The notes under the pieces were generated by a model. That model was given only the letters and a program-made list of their open reading frames with translations, was not told the DNA's origin and ran no database searches. Of a stretch of DNA of 64,000 nucleotides, positions 24,104-38,075 are shown piece after piece (position 1 is the stretch's first letter; each line of letters opens with the position of its first letter). The translations under genes and the position numbers were made by a program. This DNA comes from Octopus sinensis (Eukaryota), in NCBI RefSeq assembly GCF_006345805.1, contig NC_043015.1, positions 53,568,001 through 53,632,000 of the forward strand, in the 5' to 3' direction.

Positions 24104-24712
24104 TAGTAGTTTTATTTTTATAGCGTGCTTTCACTTCACTGTCGAGCGCAGCTCTGTGTGCCTTGGGTATATGCTGTGGTTTGCTATGATGCTCTTATGG
24201 TTACTGTCTTAAAAGTGTTTTGCGTAGGATGTGTGCAGTGCCCAGTAGTGCAATTTTCTGTATGTTATATATATTTGTAACTCCTGGTGTTTTTGTTATG
24301 TATTTGTCTGAATATTTTTTTATCGTACCTAATGCGCCTCCTATGATAGGAATTGTTTCTGTTTTTAGATTCCACATTCCAATTACCTCTATTTCCAGAT
24401 CTTTGCATTTTGAAAGTTTCACCATTTCTTTTAGAGCAACGTTGTCATCTGCTGGTATTGATACATCAATTAGAAAGCATTTTTTTCTTCATATCTCTGA
24501 CAACTATATCTGGCCTATTGGACTTAATTTCTCTGTGTGTTTGGCATATCCCAGAGTATAGTTGCTTTCTCGTTTTCTGTGACCTTTTCTGGTGTGCGTC
24601 TATACCATCTTTTTTTCTGTTGTTATTCCATAGTATTGGCATAGCTTCCAATGTATGTAGGTTCCAACTCTGTCGTGTCTGTGAATATATTCCTTCTTAG
24701 CCAGGACTGGCT
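24104..24712 (-). mobile_element. 5'-truncated Dong/R4-type non-LTR retrotransposon in (TAA)n
   Basis: PVLAKKEYIHRHDRVG..ILW..EIKSNRPDIVVRD..CFLIDVSIP..KLSKCKDLEIE..IIGGALG..QKIALLGTAHILRK, stop at 24201, short 3' UTR; (TAA)n on both sides. Confidence 0.92.
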
Positions 24713-24714
24713 AC

Positions 24715-24785
<71 letters not shown>

Positions 24786-25450
24786 TCACTTCTCAGAGCT
24801 CTCGGTTCAGTTCGTTGTGGTGTGATATTTTCTGTGATACTCTCATATTCATTGCGTTTATTTTATTAAGTCGTTGGTTTTTCGTTTCTATATTTCAGCC
24901 TGTCAAACATTATTGAACAATCGTCAAACAACGAAAAGTAAAACTGATAGACACACAACACATAACAGCGAGAATAGTGAAAAAAAAAAAAAAGACAGCA
25001 ATGAGACTGACTCAACCTATTTGCATGTTTAATCTCTGCTGTCTAAATAACTTGTTAAAAAATCTGAGTCGTCATTGCTTTTGAAGATGCACGCCCTAAA
25101 GACATTCATATAATACTCGTCTATTCGTTTGGTTCTTTCTTCGTTAAATCCTCTCTGAAACATATCTTGTTCCTCCTATGAGGTCTCAGAGATTCCGTGT
25201 TATATTTCAAACTTCTGGCATTATGTACATTAGTGCTTAAATCTATGAAGGTAGATGATGTAAACAAATCTTTAGACTGGTGTTTATTGCAAACAGCGGA
25301 AGTGAGCTAGAACGTTGAAACTTAATGCGCATGCTCAGAAGAGTTTAATGTCAATCTGTACCAAGCGGCTTTACTCTGTCTGCTGTATCTTCGCTACGAG
25401 GGAAACAGTCTGGTTACTTATTGATCATACCTCGTATACATGTGCGTGTG

Positions 25451-25496
<46 letters not shown>

Positions 25497-25504
25497 TATA
25501 TATA

Positions 25505-25996
25505 TAAACAAAGTCAAATGCGATACAATAAAATTAATTATTATCGCCGTGTTCTCGCACGCGCCATATATTATTCATATATAAGTACATTAAAAGGCGA
25601 AGTGTGTGCTAGATACACAAAAGCTGGATAATTTAATGAGATGAAAATTAAAAACTTTTACAAACTTAGTTCTTCTTATACTGCAGTTTCGCCTATTTCA
25701 GCAATAAAATAATATTTATTTACTCAGGTAGGCTCTTCAGTAAGATTCCTGTTATTATGGGAAGCGCACATCAATAGAGGCACATGCGTCTATTAAATTG
25801 CTCTTTCTAAACTATTCAAATCACTGCGCAGACTCAGAACGTACCCGTCAAAATAGGGTTTTCTGGTATATCGTCTAACGCTCAAAAATTTATCGAGAAA
25901 ATACGTAAACAAAGTCAAATGCGATACAATAAAATTAATTATTATCGCCGGTGTTCTCGCACACGCCATATATTATTCATATATAAGTACATTAAA
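25505..25996 (-). mobile_element. Retrozyme-like 401-bp unit with about 90-bp direct terminal repeats
   Basis: 25505-25594 is repeated at 25906-25996 with few differences; an intact HHR lies between; (TA)n on both sides. Confidence 0.75.
25674..25745 (-). ncRNA. Type-I hammerhead ribozyme motif with intact canonical core
   Basis: UCUUA-CUGAAGA-GCCUA(33 nt)UAGGC-GAAAC-UGCA-GUA^UAAGA; all core nucleotides and stems I and II are canonical. Confidence 0.85.
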
Positions 25997-26069
25997 TATA
26001 TATATATAATACTCATATGCATATATAACTACATGTATATACATATATATATATATATATTATATTATA

Positions 26070-26118
<49 letters not shown>

Positions 26119-26180
26119 CGTATACACACACACACACATGTGTGTGTGTGTGTGTGTGTGTGTTGAATGAGACAACACAG

Positions 26181-26775
26181 GACATTTTATAAACAGAAAG
26201 GTAGCCTTACAGCTGTTTCAGGGATATAAAGAAACGATATGAGGGAGTTAAATAGAAAATAGTTGAATTCAATATAAGAAGTTATTTTGGAAAGGGAAAG
26301 ATATAGGAAGTATAAAGGGAAATATGAGAATAAAATAAAAAATATATGTTGGATGTCACAGATGCAGTTCCATTATCCAAGGAATGTTCTGAGTAGAATG
26401 GGTAAAGAAGGTTCTTGTCCGTGGAATGTAATTAACGAAAGGAGTTCATATTTTGTTGAACACCACATGGAATTAATAGCTACACACTATCCATTTATAA
26501 TGACAAAATATGAACTCTTATCGGAATTTAAATACCATCGAGGAGAAGCTTCTTTATCTATTCTACACAGCACATTCCTTGAATAATGAAACTGAATCTG
26601 TGACAACCAGCATATATTATTGTTCTCATATTTCCTTTTATATCTCCCTTTCCAAAATAACTTTTTATATTGAACTCTACTATTTCCTTCTGTTGAACAC
26701 TCTCATATCGTCTCTGTTGATCGGATATATTTTATATCCCTGAAACAGCTGTAAGACTATTCTTTATAAAATGCC
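26181..26775. repeat. Long imperfect inverted repeat (about 280-bp arms) with a hammerhead motif in the right arm
   Basis: 26181-26458 pairs with about 26500-26775. HHR at 26710-26757 (+): GUCU-CUGUUGA-UC-GGAUAUA(UUU)UAUAUCC-CU-GAAAC-AGCU-GUA^AGAC. The left arm lacks the core. Confidence 0.8.
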
Positions 26776-27495
26776 TTAGAAATTTCACACTGCCTTGGCT
26801 TTGTCTTATTTTATTCAACCTATACACACGACCAGCGTTAGACTCCTGACTCATAAAATTATTGAACCAGAAGTCTAACAGTGGTCCTTCCATAGCACTT
26901 ACCTACACTTACTTGCCTTTTGGATATTCTGGCCACACGCTACCTTAATTTAATTCGTCCTTAGTCGAAAGACACCTGTTGTTATGTCCTGTAATTTGTA
27001 TTTGTGTAACATTCTCCGTTTCTTTTCGTCCTTGTTTTCATATACATTCGCTGCTTTATTCCAAAGAATCTAATACTCTTAGCTTAGTTTTTCCTTGGGG
27101 TTGGCCAGATTGGAGAAATCTCGAGTATAACCAGCCGAAATTGCAAAGATAATTTGGAACTCAACTAAGGAAAGAAAACTCCGAATCACCCGACCTTGTT
27201 TCCTTTGTATCGTCTATCTGGATATGTTGTTGTCTTTATTTGTATCACGTAACTGTCTGGATGTTTTGCGTTCTAATCGCATTTTGTATTATATACATAC
27301 ATACACACATACACACACACACACGCGCGCGCGCGCACACACACATATGTATTTGCCTATGTATATAGGTCGAAGACGTGGGTGTGGCGAGACGTTTACT
27401 TTCCATCCACATCGTTCCGATTTCAGTCAAACTTCGTGTCATCGACTACAGCCTGGTGAGTGAATTTCGTAGACAGAAACGGAAAGAAGTCATGA

Positions 27496-27542
<47 letters not shown>

Positions 27543-27610
27543 GTGTGCGTGTGTGTGTGCCTGTGTGCTTTTGTGTCTGTACTTCTCCACCACCACTGAC
27601 AACAGTATGG

Positions 27611-27642
<32 letters not shown>

Positions 27643-27860
27643 TATATATGTATATATAATATATAAATATATATGTGTGTGTATATCATATATATATATG
27701 TGTGTATGTATGTATGTATGTGTGCACACATGGACACACCGACGACGGATGTGAAGCGCTGGAGGAGGACAAATACAGACTCAAAACACACACACAACCT
27801 GGTATGTAGATAAATAGATAGATAGATTAGATAGATAGATTAATATATGGACGGATCGAG

Positions 27861-27927
<67 letters not shown>

Positions 27928-28149
27928 TGATAGAAAAAAGAGAAGTATATATAGCTATAAAATAAAGTAAACAAATAAGTAGAATGAGATAAATGAGAAG
28001 AGAAAAAGTTTTGGTAAAAACCTGTTCCTACGGATGACAAGTAGTGACAACATCAGTTATTTCTAGAATTCTTTCATATTCTGAGATAATCCCAGAACGA
28101 GAATGTCAAACAACAGCCGTGTCACAAAGAATACTGATCATCTCAAATA

Positions 28150-28403
28150 ACATCGTTCACGTCATAATCGTCTTCATCATCGTCATCGCCATTACATTCT
28201 TCTGCGTTCTCTTATTCAACTTTCGCCATCAACCATCATTGCTATCTTCACCTTCGTCCACATTCTCGTTGCACTCCTCCTCGTCCTCCAACTCATCATC
28301 TCCTCTCCTTCCTCCTACCCCTCTCCTCTCATCTTCACCGTCATCATCACCACCACCATCATCATCATCATCATCATCATCACTGTCATCATCATCATCA
28401 TCG

Positions 28404-28434
<31 letters not shown>

Positions 28435-28577
28435 TTCGTCGTCATCTACATCATCCCCATCCTCATCATCCCTTCCTCCCCCTCCTCCTCATCATCACCA
28501 TCATCATCATTACCATCCGAGTAATCATCATCATCATCACCACCATCATCATCATCATCATCATCATCACCATCATT

Positions 28578-28614
<37 letters not shown>

Positions 28615-28642
28615 CCATCATAACCATCACCATCATCATAAC

Positions 28643-28716
<74 letters not shown>

Positions 28717-29575
28717 GCATCATCGTCACCATTTCACTTGTCATCCTCATTATCATTGCAGCTGTTGCTATGGTGATTAACATATGGAGGTGATCAACAG
28801 CAACATAAACTTCGTATGTATCATTTTGTATAATGAAGGCGACACAGTAATACTACTGCTGCTGGTGAGGATGGTGATGTATACTGTCATGATGACGAGG
28901 AAGAGGGGAGGAGGAGAAGGAAGAGGGGGATGATGATGAGATGACAACGATAATGACGATGACGATCACGGTCACAACGATAATGATGATGATGATGAAA
29001 ATGATCGCGATCACGATCTCGATATGTATGATGATGGTGAAGATGATGATGATGATGATGACGTTGAGGACGATGATTTTATTGATGACAATGATGATGA
29101 TGATGATGGTGGTGATGATGCTGATGATAATGATGATGGTGATGATGACGATGATGACAATAACCACGACGACGCTAAAGTTGATGGGGAGAAGGAGGAG
29201 GGCATGCTGGTAATAATGGTGAAGGTAATAACGATGTTGTACGATGATGTCGATGGTGATGCCAAGGGAGACGCCGGAGCCAGCGGCAGAGGCGGCGGCG
29301 TGGAGCTGGAGGTATTGATATATTGATATATCGACCGTTTCAAAATATGTTCCTCAGACTCATCCATTCGCCATTGGCAATAACGCTAATGATCAGACAT
29401 AATCAAGACCATCGTCATTTGCGTCATCAACATTATTATCCGCATAGGCATTATTGTTCGTCATCGTCGTGATCGCCATCATCCTTATCATCATGGTCAT
29501 CATCATTATCATCATCATCATCATCACCTCCGTCATCATCATTATTATCCTCATCATCATCGTCATCATTAGCAA

Positions 29576-29618
<43 letters not shown>

Positions 29619-29844
29619 GTCATCATCATCATCACATCATCATGTTCATCATCACCATCATCACCATCATCACATCACCTCCTTCATCATCATTATTACC
29701 CTCATCCTCATCGTCATCATCATCATCATCATCATCATCATCCGTCATCATCATCATCATTACCATCATCATCATTACCATCATCATCATCCTCATCGTC
29801 ATTATCATCATCACTACTACCACCACCACCACCACCACCACAAC

Positions 29845-29875
<31 letters not shown>

Positions 29876-30060
29876 GTTACCATCGTCATCATCATCTTCA
29901 TTGTTGTCGTCATCATTATCATCATCATCATCACCGTCTCTCTCGTAGTCTTCGTCTTCATCGTCAGCAATATTCTCTTCCTCCTCCTTCTCCTCCTCCT
30001 CCTCATCATCATCATCCTCGTCGTCGCCGTCGCCGGTGTGGTCGCAGTTGTTGTCGTCGT
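28150..30060. repeat. Trinucleotide mosaic (ATC/GAT/TCC blocks of alternating polarity)
   Basis: Direct reading; the poly-I/M/S/D ORFs are artefacts. Confidence 0.93.
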
Positions 30061-30542
30061 CCTCATTGTTTCCAATGCCGTGCAAGTGACACCCGTGTTG
30101 TCAGCGCCATCTTTGTCAACATTATATCATTAGAAATGAAATACCTCCTCGGATTCTTTATTACATTTCAGCTCCAACACCCTCCGCCACCAACCACCAC
30201 TACGCCGCCACCGATCACATCACTTCCCCTTTCCAATATATCACCTCACCCTACCTCCATTCCGACTGCCCTCCCTTTTTACATTTCCCCCCACTTGATA
30301 CCCACCCCGCTTACCCTCCTCTCCTATGTTTTCGTCTCTATATTTTCTCCTTCTGTCCCTCTCACTCACCATTTCTGTTTGTCTGTTTGTCTGTCTGTTT
30401 GTCGGACTGTCTGTGGCTGTGTATCTACTTTTCTTTTTCACTCTCTCTTCATATATATATGTGTGTGTGCGTGTGTGTGTATGTGTTTGTGTATATAAAC
30501 ATATATATTTATTTATATATATACATATATTATATATATATG

Positions 30543-30614
<72 letters not shown>

Positions 30615-30951
30615 CACACATATATATATATGTATATATATATAAATAAATTTATATATATATACAGATGTATGTATAACATATGTATATCTATATATAC
30701 AGACGGGTAAGCATACAGAGAGGCGTACATATACAGGTGCACACACATACACACATATTTTTATGTATATACTAGAGTTTTGGTATTATTAAGACGGTGT
30801 GTATGTGTGTGTCTATGTATATGCACGTATAATTGTATGTATATTTGTAGATATATATATATATGTATATATTTACATATATATACACATACATGAATAG
30901 ACACGCACACACATATATATATATACACATACATATACACCACACACGCAC

Positions 30952-30993
<42 letters not shown>

Positions 30994-30997
30994 TTAT

Positions 30998-31039
<42 letters not shown>

Positions 31040-31543
31040 AATATATTACATACGTACAAAGAAAGTTACATATTTCTTCCTGATAATTTTTGTCCGGTAT
31101 TGTGTTTGTTAATGTATGTTGTCAAATTTCTTATATTTTCCTACGATGAGGTTCCGAAAAGTTTCGTCTTACGAAGTGGATTGATGAGCCAGGGGAGATG
31201 GGAAGACAACAACTAGTGAAGGAAAAAAAACCGTCCATGGATTACATGATGAAAGCAAAAAAACAAAAACGTTGTGTCTATGACATGTTGTCAACAAAAA
31301 GATAACTTTGTGTTTGAGATGGAAGATATTCCCAGCATGAGAGAAGGCCACAAGAAGCGATTGTAATAAATAGCATCGTGTACTATGTATGTCTGTATAC
31401 ACGTGTGTGTATGTGTGCTTGTGTTCGTGTGTGTTTGCATAAAACATGTGCTTGTGTGTGTGTACAAATATATCTATAAGTATGACTGTTTAGCTGTGTG
31501 CATAATTACATGCCTACAAATAAATGCATGTATCTATGAGAGC

Positions 31544-31641
<98 letters not shown>

Positions 31642-31970
31642 GTGTAGGAAGATGAGGAAAGCACTACCATATGAACAAGAATAATATATAAAGTAAATAC
31701 AGGTGTAAATGCACACATACCGTCATACACACATACGAATCTATACATATGTGTATATATATATGTGTGTGTGTGTTTGTGTGTGAGTGTGTGTATGTGT
31801 ACATACATATATATTATATCGAAATTTATCTAAATATCTATCGGAAGAACAATACACCTATATATATATACATATATACACACATATATATATATATGTA
31901 TATATATGTGTATATATATGTATATATATATATGTTTCTATATCTATCTATCTATTTACCTATCTATCTT

Positions 31971-32074
<104 letters not shown>

Positions 32075-32469
32075 TAGATAGCTAGATAGATGTAGATATA
32101 GATTACAGAAAATAATTCAATGACAATAAGCAATAAACAAGAATACATGAAAACGAAAATCATTTCCAATGAAGACGACCACAAATTTCAATGTAAACCA
32201 GGAAACTGAAATAGCTTTCGTTTGTGCACTTGACCGAACACATATGTCGTGTCTATTTTGTACCACTTTACACACATACACAACGCACACGCTACACAAA
32301 TAAATACGCACACATACACATATATATGTATGTATGTATATCATATGTGTGTGTGTGTGTGTGTGTGTGCGCGTGTGTGCCAATGTTTGTTACTATTTTC
32401 AGTTATGCTTTAATCTAACGGGTTACGCTAGAGTACAGATTTATTTTTCTTAATCAAGAATACTTTTAT

Positions 32470-32720
32470 TTAATATATTCATTTGCCGAAAAAACCTGCA
32501 GAGAAGCTTTGGTTAGAGTGATCAGGTGTACTTGCCGCACATTAGTCCACTTCCACCTTCGAATCGTCGTTGTCTGAAAAGGAGCACGGTGTGCAACGTG
32601 TCAGGTGTCGAAGTGAATTCAGAGCAACCTGAGGTGAAGTTATTTGCTCATCAAATTAACGCACCATCCGGTCTGGGAATTGAAATCACGATCTAGCCTC
32701 CATGACTGAAACACCCTAAA
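32470..32720 (-). mobile_element. SINE family S4
   Basis: Reverse-complement similarity to 23640-23905. Confidence 0.6.
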
Positions 32721-32732
32721 CACACATGTATG

Positions 32733-32763
<31 letters not shown>

Positions 32764-32789
32764 TGTGTGCGTGCATTCTTTTATTTTTT

Positions 32790-33162
32790 ACATGTTTCAG
32801 TCATTTGACTGTGGCCATGCTGGAGCACCGTCTTTAGTCGCGCAAATCGACCCCAGGACTTATTCATTGTAAATCTAGTACATATTTATCGGTCTCTTTT
32901 GCCGAACCGCTTGGTTACGGATACGTAAATACACCAGCATCGGTTGTGAAGCGATGGTGCAAGGGACAAACACGGACACACAAACACACACACATATACG
33001 ACGGTCTTCTTTCAGTTTCCATCTGCCAAATCCATTCACACGGCTTTGGTCAGCCCGAGGCTATAATAGAAGACACTCGCCCAAGGTACCACCCAGTAGG
33101 ACTGAATTCAGATCCATGTTGTTAGTTAGCAAGCTACTTACCACACAGCCACTCCTGTGCCC
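32790..33162 (-). mobile_element. SINE family S2, full-length
   Basis: Head GGGCACAGGAGTGGCTGTGTGGTAAGTAGCTTGC, internal (TG)n, tail GGTGCTCCAGCATGGCCACAGTCAAATGACTGAAAC. Confidence 0.92.
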
Positions 33163-33189
33163 ATATATTTATATACTCACACACATAAG

Positions 33190-33830
33190 TTCATTCCACA
33201 AGTTTTGAGAGTGCGTCCAAAGAAGTACTAAACTCCTTGAAAGTTATTCCCCCTAGTTCAATGCACTTGCTGTTGCGCTCCAACCACTTCAAGAAAACTT
33301 CATGGAAGACTTCCACTGTGAAAGTGCCTAAATATCTTTTATTTTGTAGAATTACCAAAAGTCACAGGCAGAGTGAGGGACGGTTTTGATGCCCATATTC
33401 GGCAAGTAGTTGTTAGCAGTATAAACTATTAGTTTTGCGTTGTTCCGGATTCCTGGCCCTCTGCAACGAAAAGGCTTCCTCCACTCCCTCAAAGCCTCTG
33501 TCGAGCGACTAGCTGTAGATTATGCTGTCGAAAAAGAGAATCATCATGAAGTTCCCGGTGACGTTGCTTTGCTTGGTGGCCACCTGTGCTATCGAAATAC
33601 AGATGCCTGCGTCATAAGATTTAATCCATAAGCGGTCTGGAACATGTCATAGTTTTTCTACCCAGTTTTAACACGTAACAGGAGCCTCCAATTCTTTCCC
33701 CTCTCGATGCTTTCGGCAAACTATTCCGCTGTGACAAACATTCTTTAGCAGGGTATTTTCAAAGTGCTCTGACAATCGTCTCCTCCAATCTACAATAACG
33801 AAAGTTGGCGGTCAGTGTATTAGATGGGGA
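33190..33830 (-). mobile_element. Heavily deleted mariner relic, second subfamily
   Basis: Pieces read YDMFQTAYG..TQASVFR (HTH region), MMILFFDS.IIY and EVFHEVFLKWLERNSKCIELGG (mariner C-terminus). Confidence 0.7.
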
Positions 33831-33888
33831 GTAATGATATACTAAACATAAAATCAATCTAAAAGCCTTAAAACTTCTTCCACTGAAA

Positions 33889-33965
<77 letters not shown>

Positions 33966-33970
<5 letters not shown>

Positions 33971-34450
33971 TTAGAGATAAAACCACTATTAGGCAATTCA
34001 AACAGTGATAGACATAACCAAAACATAAAAAACAAAAATAAATATAATTAATATAATATACAATATCGGGAGTTTATTATGTTTTTAAAGCCATATTATA
34101 TCTTAATAGATAAATACATTTTTCTATCTATTTTTGTACCTTAAAAATTAATATTTAACATAATAAATGGGTTGTATGACATAATCCTAAAGTTTAAGTT
34201 TCTAATTTAGATAATAGAGTTTTTTTATAAGAAAAAAATTATTATTTTATTTATTTCTTTAAAATATTGTTTAACTCTATTTGCTTATTTATTTAACTAT
34301 TATCATTAACCCGAAGATTGACTGTAATTTTAATTCGAATTTTCATTTGAATTTAAACTTAATTGTAATTCGAATTGAATTATAGCCATGAAACGTACGT
34401 AGTGTTTTTACTTATTATATTATATTTTACTTTTTTATACTTTTGGTTAG
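33966..34450 (+). repeat. Another copy of the 9321-9702 repeat family
   Basis: Shares AAAACCACT..TTCAAACA.TGATAGACATAA and AATTCGAATTGAA..TTATAGCCA.GAAACGTACGTA. Confidence 0.75.
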
Positions 34451-34592
34451 TTATATATAAAACAAAATAAAAATTTTAAAATTTTAAAATATAAATTTAA
34501 AAATTAAAAATTTTAATAATTTAAATTAAAAATTTTATATTTTATATATATATATATATATTATATATTATATTAATTATATTAATTTTTTG

Positions 34593-34625
<33 letters not shown>

Positions 34626-34766
34626 TTCATATACATACATACATACATACACACACATATATATATATAGTTAGAATTTACAAAAAAATAGACGAAGACG
34701 GGTGTGTAGAAAACAAACTAATGTATTAGTCTAACTAATACATTATTTTCTCGAAAAGTGAGAAAG

Positions 34767-34804
34767 TCTTTTACGTTTCGAGCCTACGCTCTTCGACAGA
34801 AAGG
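34767..34804 (-). ncRNA. Minimal type-I hammerhead motif, U6 variant (family A unit of about 34660-34870)
   Basis: CCUUU-CUGUCGA-A-GAGC(GUAG)GCUC-GAAAC-GUA^AAAGA. Confidence 0.65.
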
Positions 34805-35553
34805 AATACAGAAATAAGCAGAGAGAGAAAACAGAAAAGGTTTAGTGACTAGCGATCTATCACGGCGAATGCTTGACAGAGTGGTCGCACAAGTAAGCTA
34901 AGAACAAGGGGAGATAATAAAACAGTGGTGATCCCAAAAAGGAAGATGTGCGTTCGTGTGCATGTGAGAGCGTGTATGTGCTCGTGGATGGAGGCTCGTG
35001 ACTTTGTCGTGTGCGTTTGTGCATGTGTAGTTGTGTGGTTGATGGTGTGGGTGCTGGGAAGTGGTAAGTCCTAGTGTGTGTGAGGTGGTGTGATGTAGTG
35101 TGATGGTTGTGTGTTGTGGTGTGGTTGTGTTGGGGTGTGGGGGATACATATACATACATATATATCAAAAATAAGTTATTGATGCTTAAAATATATTTAC
35201 TACAACTAGTACATGTAGAGGCAAACTTGATTCTGTACATTCATTTCGTGTGTATTCGCTTCACAAAAACGTAAGTATTTTAAACGTAAGTATTATATGC
35301 ATTCAAAATATCAATAATCGACTTGAGTGGTTTGTAATAATTTTGTAATTTTATGTGTATATATGTATATATGTATGCATGAACATCTCTGTATGCAATT
35401 GAGTGGTGTGTGTGTGTGTGTGTGTGTGTGAGTGAGTGTGTGTGTGTGTGTTGTGCAGTTAACGTGAAAAGTAAGATGCATGTAGAAATTTCAGTTGTCT
35501 GTTTAAGACCCATTTCTAGAGTCGTTAGAAAATCCTTACGTGCCGTCTTCAAA

Positions 35554-36111
35554 TCCTGCTTCTTTGAATACTATTACTACACCTCCTATTACTACTATAT
35601 ATATGCACACATATATACACATATATATACACGCACATATATACATATACATATATGATATGTTCTCTCGTTCACGTATAACCATGCTCACATCCACACG
35701 TATACCAATAATGCAGAGAAATAAACACACATGCACATTCTATACATATATAACAGCTTACAGTTTCAAATGGAATATTGTAAAACATCTGCTACAACGC
35801 GTTACGTCCGTTTCGATTACCATCTCGGCGTTCTCTATCATACTTTGTATGGAAGTTACAGCAGAGCAAGTGAGATTCTTAATCACTCCTAAGACTCTGC
35901 TCGTTGAACCAAGTTTCCGTGTGAATGTACTCTCTGAGCCTCAAACTCACACGGTAATATTGCCGAATCTGGGTAGTTGAGAATACGAAGACAAAGAAAG
36001 ACAAAAGGAAATGAAAGACAGAAGTGAGTATAAAGAAGCACTGATTGCGGTGAGTGGGTGGACGTTATTGTAGACACCGGAGGTGTAGTAATAGTATTCA
36101 AAGAAGCAGGA
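35554..36111. repeat. Perfect 33-bp inverted repeat pair
   Basis: TCCTGCTTCTTTGAATACTATTACTACACCTCC (35554-35586) and its reverse complement (36079-36111). Confidence 0.92.
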
Positions 36112-36374
36112 ATATTCATAGAAGCAGGAATATTTATGCATGGGCAGATAGATATTGATAAACATATAGACTCATGATATAGACATAGATAAATGGATAG
36201 AGAGCGAGGGGATGTGTCTATATGCTTGTGTTTTTAGATATACGAGTATACGCTCGTATTTCTCTGTGTATACAAATATAAGTGTACGTCATAAAATTGT
36301 ATAATGATATTTTGGTATATATTTATATTGTTTGGTTGTTTGCGCGTTTGCGAGTTTGTGTATATATATTTCAT

Positions 36375-36417
<43 letters not shown>

Positions 36418-36911
36418 TGTATATATACGTATATCTCTACATTTACCTATATTCATATATATGTATATATATGTACATATATATGTGTCTTTATATATTT
36501 AGATATATATGTGTGTATGTGTGTGCGTGTGTGTATATTTATGTTTAGTTATATGTATACATGTATATTTACATATAAATGTATATGCATATACATACAT
36601 ACATTCATACACACACATACACACACACGCACACACACACATAAGTATATACATAGAGAGGCAAACACACACACACCGATGTATATCTTGAAATGAAGTT
36701 TTTAGACACAAGCATATGTTTTTAGTAAATGGATTTGCTGTAGCATCTTGTGAGAGAGTATTGTCTGTTGTTACTGAACGATATTTCTCTTCCCTTGTTT
36801 ACAGAGAGGAAAACATGTTGTTTATCCCCAGTAAATATTTTGTGAAAGTCAGGATTAGAGTGTGTTTACTAAAGAACAAGCAAACCCCTAATTCTGCTTA
36901 GTGCTTCTTGG

Positions 36912-36969
<58 letters not shown>

Positions 36970-36977
36970 TATGTATG

Positions 36978-37038
<61 letters not shown>

Positions 37039-37226
37039 CACTTACATACCTGTGTGTGGGAGTGCGTGTGGTTGTGTGTGGGTTTTGTTTGTGTTGTGTG
37101 GATATATGTATGGATGTTTGTGTTTGTGTGGATATATATATATTTATATATACATACATACCTATACATATACGTGCATGTATACGTACATATATACGTA
37201 CATATATACGTACATACATATATATA

Positions 37227-37277
<51 letters not shown>

Positions 37278-37689
37278 TACACACACACACACACACATAC
37301 ACACACATATGTATGTATCCTAGCATGAGTATACCTGCAGGAAAAGGTAGATAAGGTAGAAATTCCACTTACCAATATTTTACCCATTTTCTTTTTTGTC
37401 TTTAACACCCGAGTACATTTTCGCTTCTTTAAATCTCTTTCTCTTTCTCTCTTTCTTTCTCTTTGTCTCTCTCTTTCTCAACCCTCCGAAAATTTTCCAT
37501 TTATCAATGTTTACATTCCATCTGTATATTTTACCTGGATTTTGTTCTTGTGCATTTTGTCCTATCGTCTTCTCCTTCCTCAATTGCTCTGTCTCCTTGG
37601 ATGAATCTGTTTATCTTTCTTTATCTGTACCCCTCTCACTCACTCTCTCTCTCTCTCTCCCCCTCTCTCTCTCTCTCTTTCATCCAAGG

Positions 37690-38075
37690 AGGTTATGTTG
37701 CTTGAAGCAAATGACCTCTGATCAAAACATTCAAACTGTGAACCGTCTTTACTGGATTACATTATTTCTTGTTTTCAACACCATTATTTCTTTCAAGGTG
37801 TGAACTGGGGAAATTTTGGCTGCTCTTTCTATTAGGTCTAGCAACAACCATGATGCTTTGTCCTTAAGTATTTTTTATCTTTGATTCTTCGGTCTCTTGG
37901 AAATCTCACGAAAATCAATGACCAACAACTTAAAAATACGACAGGGGAGAGTAGGGAGAACGGATCTAGAGACGTTATGCTGCATAAAACAGGCAGGATG
38001 GCCAAGGCTGAAACTACTTGCATCATAGATATGCTTTTTTAGGGCTGACCATGGGCTAAACAACAACAACACCAA
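37690..38075 (+). mobile_element. Repeat of family S5 ending in (AAC)n
   Basis: AGGCAGGATGGCCAAGGCTG..GGGCTGACC..GGGCTAAACAACAACAAC, related to 19190-19365; the 5' limit is uncertain. Confidence 0.5.

Noticed and set aside
27085-27150. GGTTGG..CCAGCC-GAAATTGCAA stem resembling a hammerhead 3' half
   Set aside because: The core is absent; it cannot be supported from one copy.
35885-35965. Minus-strand 7-bp stem followed by GAAAC
   Set aside because: No CUGANGA-like core or stem I upstream.
37367-37375. Consensus minus-strand donor TTG|GTAAGT
   Set aside because: No credible acceptor or coding frame upstream; the flank is a GA microsatellite.
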